Origin: an uncultured Nitrospiraceae bacterium
GTDB taxonomy: Bacteria > Nitrospirota > Thermodesulfovibrionia > Thermodesulfovibrionales > Dissulfurispiraceae
DNA length: 64,000 bases
Direction: 5' to 3'
Assembly: GCA_963727805.1 (NCBI GenBank)
Contig: CAVSHF010000005.1
Location: 928,001-992,000, forward strand
The position numbers and the translations under genes were made by a program. Below, piece by piece: positions 30,591 through 40,996 of this stretch. Each line of letters starts with the position of its first letter. Positions within the stretch are counted from its first letter, which is position 1. The notes beneath the pieces were generated by a model, which saw only the letters and a program-made list of their open reading frames with translations, was not told the origin of the DNA and did not search any database.

Positions 30591-31295
30591 TCACTTTTCG
30601 GCGGCGACGGATAATATGTTGAACATGTCCAGTCGCATCAGACAGGCTATCGTTTTTGATTGCATAAAAGCGTTGTCCCTACTTCTTTTGATGAGGTCGA
30701 CGACGTCCTCCGGCCTGTCGATGTCCCTCCAAAATGGCAGTTGTCGGACCTCGCACCCTTCTTCCCTGAGAATTTCTATGGTCCTCGTAAAGACAACAGC
30801 GGTACTCCAGGGGATGTCATCGAAGATCCGAGGCAAGAAACTGTCGTTACTAAATCCTATCAGATAATATCCGCCATCCCGCGCAGGACCTATTGCTGCA
30901 TCATAGTCCTTGAGGGATGTGAAGGCATCTTTGATGATCTCAACAGGAAGATCAGGAACGTCACTTCCGATAAGTACCACTCGCGAACACTCTTGAGCAA
31001 AGGCCCGCGTAAAAGCATTCTTCATCCTCGTTCCAAGATCGGCACCCGTTTGAGGCATATAAATATACTCATCACCGAGCCATTCAGCAATTTTATCCCC
31101 TGCCTCCGAAGGATAGAACGCTATGATGGGCCGAAAGCCAGCTCGTTTCAGAGTTTGCAGCAAGTCTTCGACAAAACATTTATACAGGTCGCGTACCACA
31201 TTTTCATCCAGACCGGCTGCAAGGCGTGACTTGACCTTCCCCTTCTCAGGCCACTTCATGAATATTATCAGGCAGTCGTTTTTGTCCATCTTCAT
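30591..31295 (-). CDS. TIGR04282/DUF2064 family transferase
   Basis: KWPEKGKVKSRL, QTGADLGTRM, LIGSDVP, GPARDGGYYLIG, IPWST and DIDRPED motifs. Confidence 0.85.
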   Translation of the reverse strand: MKMDKNDCLIIFMKWPEKGKVKSRLAAGLDENVVRDLYKCFVEDLLQTLKRAGFRPIIAFYPSEAGDKIAEWLGDEYIYMPQTGADLGTRMKNAFTRAFAQECSRVVLIGSDVPDLPVEIIKDAFTSLKDYDAAIGPARDGGYYLIGFSNDSFLPRIFDDIPWSTAVVFTRTIEILREEGCEVRQLPFWRDIDRPEDVVDLIKRSRDNAFMQSKTIACLMRLDMFNILSVAAEK

Positions 31296-32002
31296 TTATA
31301 CACTTCAATATTGCTGATATATGAAACAGAGTTTTCACCGGTATTGTCGGAGTCATTCATGATCGCGATACTTGCCATCAAAGGCGGTTCTGTGCCAAAG
31401 GCCTTTCTGTAATCTTCGAGGATATCGACCGATTCTTCGACCCATTCGCCAACCCTAGTAGATCCACGCTCAAGCGCGATAAGCTGCGCCCTGTCGGTAT
31501 AAGGACTGGGCATAATCTTTGGATTGTCGAGACTGCTTGCCCATATATAGTTAAGCGTGCTGTCGGGGGGGTACTGGCCGTAAATTGCCCTGATTGCTTC
31601 ATATTTGATCTTCCCGAAAAAGCTGTCCCTGGCGGGATCGTATTTAAAAACGATATAGATGCGAACGGGATAATCGTCGCCCTCTTTTGTCCCCGGCAAA
31701 GCCTTCTTGTAAACATTGCTCACCTTCCAGCGCCATTTCGCCTTCGGATATTCATATACGTTGAATTCCTTCCTGTAAACCAGGGCAGATGCGGAGGCAG
31801 TGCTTTCAGCTTTCAGATAATGAGTCCCTCCCTTCGTTTCAATACTATACTTCGTGTGAGCCTTGATCTTCGGAAAGTAAAGCGGTTTCCAGTTGTCGAG
31901 TGAATAAAAGTCTTCGCGGAGAAAAACCGCATCGTTGGCAAAAGCCGACGATACTATAATGATGATACAAATAATAAGAACAAGATACTTTTTGATCAAC
32001 AC
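31292..32002 (-). CDS. DUF3047-like exported protein
   Basis: Signal peptide; WRWKV, DDYPVRIY, LNYIW and IMNDSDNTG motifs. Confidence 0.8.
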   Translation of the reverse strand: MLIKKYLVLIICIIIIVSSAFANDAVFLREDFYSLDNWKPLYFPKIKAHTKYSIETKGGTHYLKAESTASASALVYRKEFNVYEYPKAKWRWKVSNVYKKALPGTKEGDDYPVRIYIVFKYDPARDSFFGKIKYEAIRAIYGQYPPDSTLNYIWASSLDNPKIMPSPYTDRAQLIALERGSTRVGEWVEESVDILEDYRKAFGTEPPLMASIAIMNDSDNTGENSVSYISNIEVYK

Positions 32003-32030
32003 TGCTATCTGTATAACTCTGGGATTAATA

Positions 32031-32726
32031 TCACTTATAAAACCTGACCAAAGTATCGGGCCTCACGCCTAATAAATATAATGTCACGAGCATCCAGTTC
32101 CTGACCGTGCAATATATGATACCTTCCCTTTCCCACCGCCTCGACGATGTTTTCACCTTTGTCGCAATGATAAAGATTCGGTGCCCGATATTTTTGATAC
32201 TCCTCATCAGCTCCACATCTTCCATAATCGGGAACTCCCTAAAACCGCCAAGGCCATCGAAGATATCCTTTCTGATAAAGATAGCCTGGTCTCCATAGGG
32301 GATGCGAGTGAGTCTAGACCTGTAAGAAGCCGCGCGTTCGATGATCCTGTAAGACGTTCTGCCGGAATCGAACCCGAGATCGAAGGCACCTCCAGCATAG
32401 CGGCCGGTTCTCATTACCGCCGTGATCTTTTCAAAGGCGCCTACCGGAAGGAATGTATCCGCATGAAGAAACAGGAGGATGTCCCCCGTGGCTACTGCCG
32501 CCCCTTTGTTCATCTGCCTTCCCCTGCCCTTTCCCGATAGGACCCTTATCACTTTTTCGCGAGAAACAGTTTTTATGGTACTGCCACATGGATCTCCATC
32601 TGCAACAATAATCTCAACGTTAGTATTATTGTTCAAACTGCAGACGTGTTCGATGATCTGATTGATTATCTCCGCTTCGTTAAGAACAGGGATGATTACC
32701 GAAATGTTCGCGTTGCTATTATTCAT
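32031..32726 (-). CDS. TIGR04283 family GT2 glycosyltransferase
   Basis: ISVIIPVLNE, GRGRQMNKGA, LFLHADT, PYGDQAIF, MEDVEL and TSSRRW motifs. Confidence 0.88.
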   Translation of the reverse strand: MNNSNANISVIIPVLNEAEIINQIIEHVCSLNNNTNVEIIVADGDPCGSTIKTVSREKVIRVLSGKGRGRQMNKGAAVATGDILLFLHADTFLPVGAFEKITAVMRTGRYAGGAFDLGFDSGRTSYRIIERAASYRSRLTRIPYGDQAIFIRKDIFDGLGGFREFPIMEDVELMRSIKNIGHRIFIIATKVKTSSRRWEREGIIYCTVRNWMLVTLYLLGVRPDTLVRFYK

Positions 32727-32748
32727 TGTATAGCTATTATAGCCGATA

Positions 32749-34200
32749 TTAAGCCCCGCAGGCCCTGCCCCGCAGACTGAAGAAAAACTTTAATCCCTTT
32801 TTCACGTTGTCGGAAAATATTTTCTGCGGAAAGAAATTTGCTGCCACTTTCTTGTTAATCTCGCCAATGGTCGGATAGGGATGGACAGCAGATACTAGCA
32901 GCGAAAGCTTCACACCGCCGTTCAATGCTGCCACCCATTCGCAGACAAGCTCTCCAGCGCGTGGCCCGAAAATCTGAACACCGATAGGCATCTCCTTTTC
33001 ATTCAGGATCATCTTGATCTTTCCCGTCTCTTCGGCTTCAGCAAGGCTTCGGTCGTTTGCTCTGAATTCTTCCGTCCACAGGGAATACGCAATACCGGCC
33101 TTCTTTGCTGCTGTCTCATTCATCCCGATACTTGCCAACTCCGGATCAGTATAGGTGCACCAGGGAAGAAAGGTATAGTCTGCCTTTCTCGGCAGATGAA
33201 AGATTGCGTTAGTCACAACAATGCTGGCTTCATACCCGGCCGCGTGAGTGAAGAGATAGCCTCCGTTCACATCGCCGGCGGCGTAAATATGCGTTTGAGC
33301 TGTCCTCATTCTCTCGTCGACCTTGATGCCCTTGTCATCAAATGCGACCCCGATCTTATCGAGTCCGAGGCTTTCGATATTCGGCTTTCTCCCTGTGGCG
33401 ACAAGAATGGTCTCAGCCTTCAGAGTAACCGTGGTACCTTCACCAGTCCTGATGACTACTTCACGCTCTCTGCCGAGGTCCTGTGTGCTCACGATCGAAG
33501 TGTTCAGATAAAACCTGACTCCTTCCGTTTTGAGCACATCCATTACCTGAACGGCCATGTCCCCGTCCTCTTTGGGGAGGATCTGGCCAGAACGCTGGAT
33601 AACGACCACCTGTGTCCCAAGCCTGTTAAAGGCCTGAGCCATCTCTATCCCGATAGGTCCGCCTCCGAAAATAATCAACGATGAGGGAAGTCGCTCGAGA
33701 TAAAATATTTCTCTGTTAGTCAAGTACGGTGTCGTATCGAGCCCCTTAACCTGCGGAATCAACGGGGATGATCCTGTAGCGATGACCCAGTTCTTTGCAG
33801 AATAGGTCTGTCCGTTTAATCTCACGGAGTGCTCATCTACAAATGCTGGTTTGCCGAATTCGACCCTCGCGCCGAGGCCACAAAACCTCTCGACAGAATC
33901 ATGTTTCTGGATCTTTGAGATAACCGATTTGATCCTGCAAGAAACATCTTTGAATTCGATGGGTTTCAGTTCAACGTCGGGTAGACCGAAGTCAGTAGCC
34001 CGCTTCATAAGGTGATACACGTGAGCGATTCTGATCAGGGTCTTGCTCGGTATACAGCCACAATGACGGCAGTCTCCGCCGAGCCTGCCGTCCTTCTCGA
34101 TGAGCAGGGTTTTTGCCCCCAATTGCGCGCTGCCTGCGGCGACCGTCAGACCTGCTGATCCGCCGCCGAGCACCCCTATGTCGAAATCATATGATGCCAT
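32749..34200 (-). CDS. Pyridine nucleotide-disulfide oxidoreductase (LpdA/MerA-like class I)
   Basis: GGGSAG, GGDCRHCGCIPSK, GGGPIGIE, AAGDV and VHPYPT motifs; SD AGGAGG before ATG 34200. Confidence 0.88.
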   Translation of the reverse strand: MASYDFDIGVLGGGSAGLTVAAGSAQLGAKTLLIEKDGRLGGDCRHCGCIPSKTLIRIAHVYHLMKRATDFGLPDVELKPIEFKDVSCRIKSVISKIQKHDSVERFCGLGARVEFGKPAFVDEHSVRLNGQTYSAKNWVIATGSSPLIPQVKGLDTTPYLTNREIFYLERLPSSLIIFGGGPIGIEMAQAFNRLGTQVVVIQRSGQILPKEDGDMAVQVMDVLKTEGVRFYLNTSIVSTQDLGREREVVIRTGEGTTVTLKAETILVATGRKPNIESLGLDKIGVAFDDKGIKVDERMRTAQTHIYAAGDVNGGYLFTHAAGYEASIVVTNAIFHLPRKADYTFLPWCTYTDPELASIGMNETAAKKAGIAYSLWTEEFRANDRSLAEAEETGKIKMILNEKEMPIGVQIFGPRAGELVCEWVAALNGGVKLSLLVSAVHPYPTIGEINKKVAANFFPQKIFSDNVKKGLKFFFSLRGRACGA

Positions 34201-34339
34201 GGTACCTCCTGTCCTTTGATAATCACACCTTGAAATACAAAGTCTGGCTCCAATGCGGGCACTTCTCCATTTCACAGAGCAAATCCACTAATTTCTACAC
34301 CGTGATCGTAAATTCCGCATGGCTCCGCACGAGCGGTGA

Positions 34340-34464
34340 GACAGATACATGCTCCTTGTGCATAGTTCTCAGCCCCGACGTTAGGGAGTACTGTTTTCTC
34401 ATGTCCCTGTTCTGTCATAAGTGATGAGAAGCGAATTATTGCCGATCAGGATATCCCTGAGCAT
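34340..34464 (-). pseudogene. Glycoside hydrolase family 15 N-terminal remnant
   Basis: MLRDILIGNNSLLITYD, followed after a frameshift by NVGAENYAQG, resembles GH15 N-termini (MPRDIPVGNGSLLITFD...PHVGxENH). Confidence 0.45.
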
Positions 34465-35181
34465 TTATCTTTCTCCCGCGCAGTCTGAACTATGTCCGTT
34501 CATCCTTTTTTTCAATTTGTACCAACCGAGTATCTTCTTTGTAGCGAGGGGGAATAGACCGAGAAGTACAAAAGAGAGAATTACACCCGGAGAGAGAATT
34601 CCCGAGACAGACTCTATTTTCGACAATTCCCTGCCAGCAATGACATAGATGATAGTCCCCGGAAGCATTCCGATCTGAGAGACCCAGTAAAAAGTTCCGA
34701 GGCTCATGTGAGTCAGTCCCATGATGAGATTGATTATAAAAAAGGGGAATACCGGCACAAGTCGCAGCGAAAAAAGATAAAAGGGCCCTTCCTCTTCGAT
34801 CCCTTTGTGGAGCTTCGCAAACCTGTCACCGAACCTCGTCAAAACCCAGTCCCTGAGGAGATATCGCGAAATAAAACAGGCCAGCGTCGCCCCGATAGTG
34901 CTCGAGAATGAGACGATGAGTGTGCCTGTGATAACGCCGAAGAGTGCTCCACCGGCGAGTGTCATGATTGCTGCCCCCGGCAGCGCAAGAGCGGTGAAAA
35001 GAATGCAGACAACCATATAGGCCGCGATAACAGCTACTTTGTGTTCACCGTAGAGCATCCGGAAGCGCTCCTGGGAGTTCTTGAGATAAGCAAGATTGAT
35101 GTACTGACCCGGATCGAAAAAGAAATAAGCCGCAATGATAATAGCCGCTGTAACAATGATCAAGAGTTTTTTTAGGTTCAC
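34465..35181 (-). CDS. TVP38/TMEM64 (DedA/VTT) membrane protein
   Basis: LPGAAIMTLAGGALFG, LRLVPVFPFFIIN and SQIGMLPGT motifs. Confidence 0.9.
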   Translation of the reverse strand: MNLKKLLIIVTAAIIIAAYFFFDPGQYINLAYLKNSQERFRMLYGEHKVAVIAAYMVVCILFTALALPGAAIMTLAGGALFGVITGTLIVSFSSTIGATLACFISRYLLRDWVLTRFGDRFAKLHKGIEEEGPFYLFSLRLVPVFPFFIINLIMGLTHMSLGTFYWVSQIGMLPGTIIYVIAGRELSKIESVSGILSPGVILSFVLLGLFPLATKKILGWYKLKKRMNGHSSDCAGER

Positions 35182-35255
35182 TAAAGAATAGTATACGGGT
35201 TTTGTATCTTTAGAAAAAATGGGGAACCTATGTATGGATCATATAAGACAAAAAT

Positions 35256-35285
35256 GAGGGACCGTGGCCTTAGCCACTGCCCCTC
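35256..35285. terminator. Probable intrinsic terminator downstream of the XRE gene
   Basis: GAGGG..GTGGC-CTTA-GCCAC..CCCTC hairpin flanked by A and T tracts. Confidence 0.5.
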
Positions 35286-35347
35286 TTTCTTTTTCTTCCC
35301 CTACTGCGGCACTTCGGAAATCGACGGTTAATCCAACGTGCGGCAAT

Positions 35348-35746
35348 CTACCTGCAACAGTCCTTCAATGGGCATATCTGGCGAAGCAACTTCTTGTTTT
35401 TCGCAAGCAGCCTCGAAAATTCAAAAAAGGCTGTCCGCGCTTTTTTGCCTTTGACGTTTCTGAAATTCTCCAAAATCACCTGCTCCTCTTTCGACATTTT
35501 CACTGCGAGTTTCGACTCCTTGAGGGAGCCTTTCTTCTCTACAGGGAAAAACGTGAAGATTGTTACATCGAGGGCTTTGGAAAGCTGCTTCAACCTATCG
35601 ACGCTGATACTGCTCGCTCCTTTCTCGTATTTTTGAATTTGCTGATACGATACCCCGACCAGATCTGCTAACTTCATTTGAGACATGTGCCTGGACTTCC
35701 TGATTTCCCTGATAAGCTGCCCGATTTGATTATTATCCCTTCCCAT
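35348..35746 (-). CDS. XRE-family HTH transcriptional regulator
   Basis: IREIRKSRHMSQMKLADLVGVSYQQIQKYEKG. Confidence 0.88.
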   Translation of the reverse strand: MGRDNNQIGQLIREIRKSRHMSQMKLADLVGVSYQQIQKYEKGASSISVDRLKQLSKALDVTIFTFFPVEKKGSLKESKLAVKMSKEEQVILENFRNVKGKKARTAFFEFSRLLAKNKKLLRQICPLKDCCR

Positions 35747-35980
35747 GTTAATACTATACAATAGGTTACGATAAAAATCCAGACCCATTTGCAGCACTTG
35801 TTAATCACTATATAATGCAACAAATACTCTTAATTGGTGCATTAATTTCGTCCATGAGACAGGACCCGTGATTTGACCGGCTGCCAGATCTTTTTCACAA
35901 GGCGTTGTATTTCTGCCCGCTTATGCATTACGCTTTTCAGAATGAACGATGCATGATTGCGCAGACCAAATTCGAACCGG

Positions 35981-36865
35981 ATGGATGGCGTGTATAAAGA
36001 ATACTTCAGGCTGAAGGACCTTCCTTTTTCGATCGCTCCTGATCCAACTTATCTCTACATGAGTGAAAAGCACCGCGAGGCACTTGCACACTTGCTTTAC
36101 GGGGTCAACTCCGAGGGGGCATTTGTACTTCTCACCGGCGAAGTGGGTACCGGCAAGACGACAATCTGCCGATGCATGATTGCGCAGCTTCCGCAAAACT
36201 GCGACATTGCCTTTATCATCAACCCAAGGTTGACAGAGATGGAACTGCTTGCCACCATCTGCGAAGAAATCGGCATCGAGCGCATGGCCGGCATGGCTAG
36301 CATCAAGGCCTTTGTCGACAGGATCAACCGTCACCTTCTCGATTCCCATGCGGCAGGGCGCAAAACACTGCTCATCATAGACGAAGCTCAAAACCTCACT
36401 TCCCCCGTTCTGGAGCAATTGCGGCTCCTCACCAACCTCGAGACAAGCCGCTGCAAGCTCCTCCAGATCGTTCTCATCGGTCAACCGGAACTCCGAGACA
36501 TGCTGGCGCGTCGCGAGCTTCGCCAGCTCTCCCAGAGAATTACCGCCCGATTTCATCTCGATCCTCTCTCCAAAGGGGAGATAGCCGACTACGTTGCTCA
36601 TCGATTGACGATTGCTGGCGCACGTCGTGTGCTTTTCCACCCCGCGGCCATAGCCCAGTTGTTTCGCCTGAGCGGAGGAATTCCCCGCATCATCAACCTT
36701 ATCTGCGACCGCGCACTGCTTGGCGCCTACGCGCAGAGTAAGGCGCGAGTCGACAAAACAATTATTCGCAGAGCGGCCAGCGAAGTCCTGGGAGATTTGC
36801 TATCCAAAAGCCGAATGAACAGTCAATTCGAAAGATTCAGGTTGTGGCTAAAAAGAAGATTTTAA
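35981..36865 (+). CDS. exeA: ExeA/GspA-type AAA ATPase (short form)
   Basis: YKEYFRLKDLPFSIAPDP, TGEVGTGKT, IIDEAQNL, LIGQPEL and GIPRIINLICDRALL motifs. Confidence 0.88.
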   Translation: MDGVYKEYFRLKDLPFSIAPDPTYLYMSEKHREALAHLLYGVNSEGAFVLLTGEVGTGKTTICRCMIAQLPQNCDIAFIINPRLTEMELLATICEEIGIERMAGMASIKAFVDRINRHLLDSHAAGRKTLLIIDEAQNLTSPVLEQLRLLTNLETSRCKLLQIVLIGQPELRDMLARRELRQLSQRITARFHLDPLSKGEIADYVAHRLTIAGARRVLFHPAAIAQLFRLSGGIPRIINLICDRALLGAYAQSKARVDKTIIRRAASEVLGDLLSKSRMNSQFERFRLWLKRRF

Positions 36866-36923
36866 GAATGATACATAAACAAGGCCTTGGACTAGAAAAG
36901 ACCACAATAAAGAGGGGAAACGG

Positions 36924-37709
36924 ATGTCCTATATTCTCGATGCATTGAAAAAGGCTGAACAGGAACGGAGGCGTGGCAAGGCCCCCGATATCATGACCAC
37001 CCCGGAAGGCAGTAGCTCCAGACCACAGAAACTCCTCTGGCCATATGCAGTCCTGATTATGCTGGTAGCAGCTGCCGGAAGTGTTGGCTGGTTTTTCGGC
37101 CATGAAAAAGCAGACACCTCTGCGCCCATTTCCCCGCAAGGCACACAGAATTATGTTGTGCCAGTGAATCCACAAACACACGTGACAGCCCAACCTGCAG
37201 CACCTCTCACTGAAACGGCACCGGCAAATCAACCCACAACTACATCTGAGGGGAGCCAAGCCGAAAAAGAGGAAAAATCAACTTCTACTAATACTACTTT
37301 AGGGCCTCTGAACGATAAGCGGACCCTTTCAAAAAGCCAGGTAATGCAACTGCCGGCGCACAGCAAGGGAACGTCGACTAAAATAAAACCGGGGTCGGTC
37401 ACAACGTCAAAATCCACAGAGGACAGCGCCCTCGAAGAAATCCGGCCTCAGCCGGAAAAGAAGATGGTACCCGACAACAAGATATATGCGATTAGCGAAT
37501 TGCCCGAAGCAGTCAGGCAGGGCTTGCCCTCCATCACTATTTCTACACATATTTATTCGCCGGACAAGTCGGAACGGCTCGCTGCAATCAACGGTCATAT
37601 CGGTCGCGAAGGCCAGGAGGTCATGACAGGTATCACGCTTGAATCTATCACGCCTGATGGAGTTATACTTCGCAACCAGGGCTATAAATTCAGAATTGGC
37701 CTGAAATAA
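36924..37709 (+). CDS. exeB: ExeB/GspB-type protein
   Basis: MSYILDALKKAEQER, a TM segment, a low-complexity linker and C-terminal HIYS...INGH..REG...ITPDGVIL. Confidence 0.85.
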   Translation: MSYILDALKKAEQERRRGKAPDIMTTPEGSSSRPQKLLWPYAVLIMLVAAAGSVGWFFGHEKADTSAPISPQGTQNYVVPVNPQTHVTAQPAAPLTETAPANQPTTTSEGSQAEKEEKSTSTNTTLGPLNDKRTLSKSQVMQLPAHSKGTSTKIKPGSVTTSKSTEDSALEEIRPQPEKKMVPDNKIYAISELPEAVRQGLPSITISTHIYSPDKSERLAAINGHIGREGQEVMTGITLESITPDGVILRNQGYKFRIGLK

Positions 37710-38170
37710 GGCTCTTTCATGTTGTTATGAAAAATGCTGCTACAGAGGTATCTTTAATTGCAATGGGATGCGTGGAATTGCAATTAAAATGATGTTTAAT
37801 TCAGCAAAATTTCCCAAATAAATGCATTGCCCTTACTGTAATTATTGACATAAATCCGAATGATATAATGTTAATATAACACAGGATTTCATTATTTGAC
37901 CGCTCAACCACAAACGATACAGAAACAACAAGAAAGCAACCGCTAATCAACTGGCAGAATTACACAAACAATTTGAGGAATTAAGAGATTCGCAACCGAG
38001 CACAAATAAGCATAAGTGACTTTTAGAGCCGCCGTTATCTCCGCCAATAATAAGAGGTGACATTCAGGATGCTGAGTATAGCCTTTCTTGTTCAAATCTG
38101 CCTCTTTTGGTAAAAAGTGCCCAGATACAATTTAATATCTAGACTGGTTAAAGGGGGCGGTCAGGCATCG

Positions 38171-38708
38171 CTATTTCTTTTGTGAAGGCAACTTGATTGT
38201 CTCACCGGCAACCATAAAAGCGCCTCTCCCTCGATGATGAATGTTCCACGGTTTTTTCTTTGCCGGGGTTATCCACGCCTTGAGCACCTCAAGGATGAAG
38301 AGGCTATAATTAACTACAAACTTGCCATCGACAACCTTGCATTCAAGATTCGCATAACACTCGTCGATGAGCGGTGCTTTCACATATGAGGCAGTTGCCT
38401 GCGTGAGCGCAAAGACCTTGAACTTATCAATCTTTCGTCCAGAGGTATTCCCGCAGCCCACCACTTTTTCCGCCAGCTCCAGCGTCGGGATGTTGATGAC
38501 ACACTCCCTTGCAGACTTCAGAATGTCGAACGTATGGCTTCGATTACTGATGATGCATCCCACAGTCGGCGGCTCAAACCCCATCATTGTATACCATGAC
38601 ATGGTCCATAATGTTCGCCTGCCCCTCTCGCACTGTCGTACCCATCACAACCGGCCCCGGTTCGAGTAATCCATATACTTTTGACAATAGGTAGAATTTT
38701 TTCGCCAT
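38171..38708 (-). pseudogene. Flavin reductase family protein, frameshifted
   Basis: MAKKFYLLSKVYGLLEPGPVV...NIM shifts by one extra G into TMSWYTMMGFEPP...GCGNTSG...HHRGRG. Confidence 0.78.
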
Positions 38709-38761
38709 ATCGCAACCCCAGTTCAACGATCTTTAAAGACCGCCTTCTAAAAGAATCTACG

Positions 38762-39416
38762 CTATTTTTTAGGATATCCAACTGACTGCGTCAGAATGAT
38801 CTTCTGATCAGATCGTAACCTCATCGTTTTTGATAGTGCTTCCTTGTCAATCGACCCACGCACGACCGTCGCTATCACCTGGGAAGCACAATACAGGTAC
38901 ACGCTCTGGCTGATAAATCCTATGTCTGCAGCTGAATAGAGTTTCTTGTCTTCCTTCGTTGCAGTGCCCATCTTCGAGAAGTCCGCTACATAGATAAGAT
39001 TAACAGGAGCTTCCTTTACGTAATCCTGTTTGCCAGTATATGAGCTGATGTCTCCGGAGAGAATAGGTTCTAGGCTTGAGTCTTCGCATCATATAAGTAA
39101 AAGCCTTCGACAATAGCAACATAGATATCGATTTCCTGCCAATTGACGGCAGATGGCGCAGTGCACTTTCCTGTGATTGAGCTATTTATTCCAAAGGCAG
39201 CCCAAAACAGATTTGAGAGTGTCTGATCAGGCAACTTCTCCGAGCCGAATGAACGGGAAGAGTTTCTGTCTCTCAGCATCTGCATAAGAGGTCTTCCGCC
39301 TTCGACTTGCGAATTAGGAAGCTTGATAAGTTTTAGCTCATCGGGATAGCTAACAGTTACATACATGATTGAAATAACCCACACTATGAACGTGATAGAA
39401 AAAACGTTCTCTGCAT
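38762..39416 (-). pseudogene. Nitroreductase (SagB/ThcOx-like), two frameshifts
   Basis: WAAFGIN...TAPSAVNWQEIDIY and APVNLIYVAD...QSVYLYCAS...QSVGYP lie in different frames; 1-nt losses near 39400 (T run) and 39073. Confidence 0.8.
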
Positions 39417-39609
39417 GACACTCCTCCTTTCGTCATTAGCAGTTCATTTACTAGCTGTCTACTCAAATTATAGCAACGTATAAAGGCTGTTGTGAGGAAG
39501 CAGAGTATAAGGCTATGTAATGGCAAGAAAATCAAAGTTGCGTGCGGTAATCTGCATCCACGGCGAGATGTCAGAAGTGAGGTTTGTCAGGTGGACATTA
39601 TACCATGAC

Positions 39610-40782
39610 TCAGGTAGCGGGATCACTCAAAAGAGGCAAGAGATACCCATGGGGAGACAGGCTGGTAGCGAGCATTACCATATTGATGTCGCGATGCTCC
39701 GTCCAGCTGCGGGATTCTCTATTTTTGATCGCAAGCCAAAATATATTGATTAGCTCGCTTAAATGGGTGTACTCCATGAGGCGTTGCACACGGGAACGGA
39801 CATCATACTGCTTCTTAAAGACAGCTGCATGTTGGTCAATCAACCCTTGCAGTTTCACAATGGCCTGCAATCCGATCGACAATCCCAACTCTCGAAATGC
39901 CAGTCGGTAATTGGAGGGGAGATTGAGGGACGACTTTCTTACAAAGTAGTTCAGGCTCGTTAGGGAATCATCCAAAACAGTCTTTAAGAGGTCCGGCAGT
40001 ATGAAGCTGTCTGCAACTATTAACTGTGCCATCTTGTAAGCACCAATCAAAAGACCGCCAATGCCCAAGGAGTCATCAGTAGTCCAGCTGTTCCCCTCAC
40101 AAATCAATGCCATGTCGGCAATCTCCGCACTCAGATTCTGCAGCGCTGATCGCTCCAAATATCTCCCAGCAGTTGTCTGGAGCTCGCTGTAAGTTATCAG
40201 TCCGTCAACAGGATCATGATGTCCCACGGACGACACGAGAGGATACGAGAGATCTATACTCATTTTCCAATATAGGCGTTTCTCTCCTCCGTGCGACGGC
40301 AGGTAAGTGAACTTTTCATGGGCCGTCTTTGCCATCTCTATTGCCCACTTGCTGAAGGTCAAATCTCCAATAATCCTGCTCGCGCAATCGAGGGCATGCA
40401 TCCATTGCGTCAAGTAATGATAATACTGCCCATCCCGATCCCATTCAAAGCGCTCATCAAAGGGCTCTTCAAGTCCCCGTTCTTTCATCTCCTTCCCGAT
40501 CCTCAGCCCCCCTTTTGTGGGATGTCTACGACCTTCCTCCTCAGCTAACCCGCTGATCCAACCCGTCCGAGGCTCATCCCGACGGTGTCGGCCCAGCGTG
40601 GCATGCACCTGATCGATCAGGAGCAACGCGAAATGCTTGTACAGCTCATTATTCGTCTGACGATAAAGTCCGAGAAAATTACAGACCGCATAGGCATCAG
40701 TCCATAGATAACGCGTCGGAATGGAACTCTCCGGCGAGAGTCCCGTCTTCTTCGCAAATTCGATCATGATTTCATGAACCAT
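39610..40782 (-). CDS. Hypothetical protein, 390 aa
   Basis: Long intact ORF with RYLWTDAYAV, DGQYYHYLTQWMHAL, YWKMSIDL and YRLAFRELGL motifs. Function unknown. Confidence 0.75.
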   Translation of the reverse strand: MVHEIMIEFAKKTGLSPESSIPTRYLWTDAYAVCNFLGLYRQTNNELYKHFALLLIDQVHATLGRHRRDEPRTGWISGLAEEEGRRHPTKGGLRIGKEMKERGLEEPFDERFEWDRDGQYYHYLTQWMHALDCASRIIGDLTFSKWAIEMAKTAHEKFTYLPSHGGEKRLYWKMSIDLSYPLVSSVGHHDPVDGLITYSELQTTAGRYLERSALQNLSAEIADMALICEGNSWTTDDSLGIGGLLIGAYKMAQLIVADSFILPDLLKTVLDDSLTSLNYFVRKSSLNLPSNYRLAFRELGLSIGLQAIVKLQGLIDQHAAVFKKQYDVRSRVQRLMEYTHLSELINIFWLAIKNRESRSWTEHRDINMVMLATSLSPHGYLLPLLSDPAT

Positions 40783-40996
40783 AAAATTCCTTCTTCTATA
40801 ACAATCAGATACAAAGAGCGGGCCAACGTGAAATGTTCAGAGAGACTTCGAGATTCGAAGTATCGAGTCGCGCCGCAACAGTTCCCACGGTAATATTATA
40901 CGCTCTGCGATTGCACTCGGGTGCGGGATAGCCGGTAAACGCTTCATTCGTGTTCCCCTTCCGTCAGCGATAATTGACGATTGTAATCTAGTTCCA

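Noticed and set aside
32749..34200. Calling the flavoprotein mercuric reductase (merA)
   Set aside because: It lacks the C-terminal Cys-Cys pair and an N-terminal HMA domain, and no mer genes are nearby.
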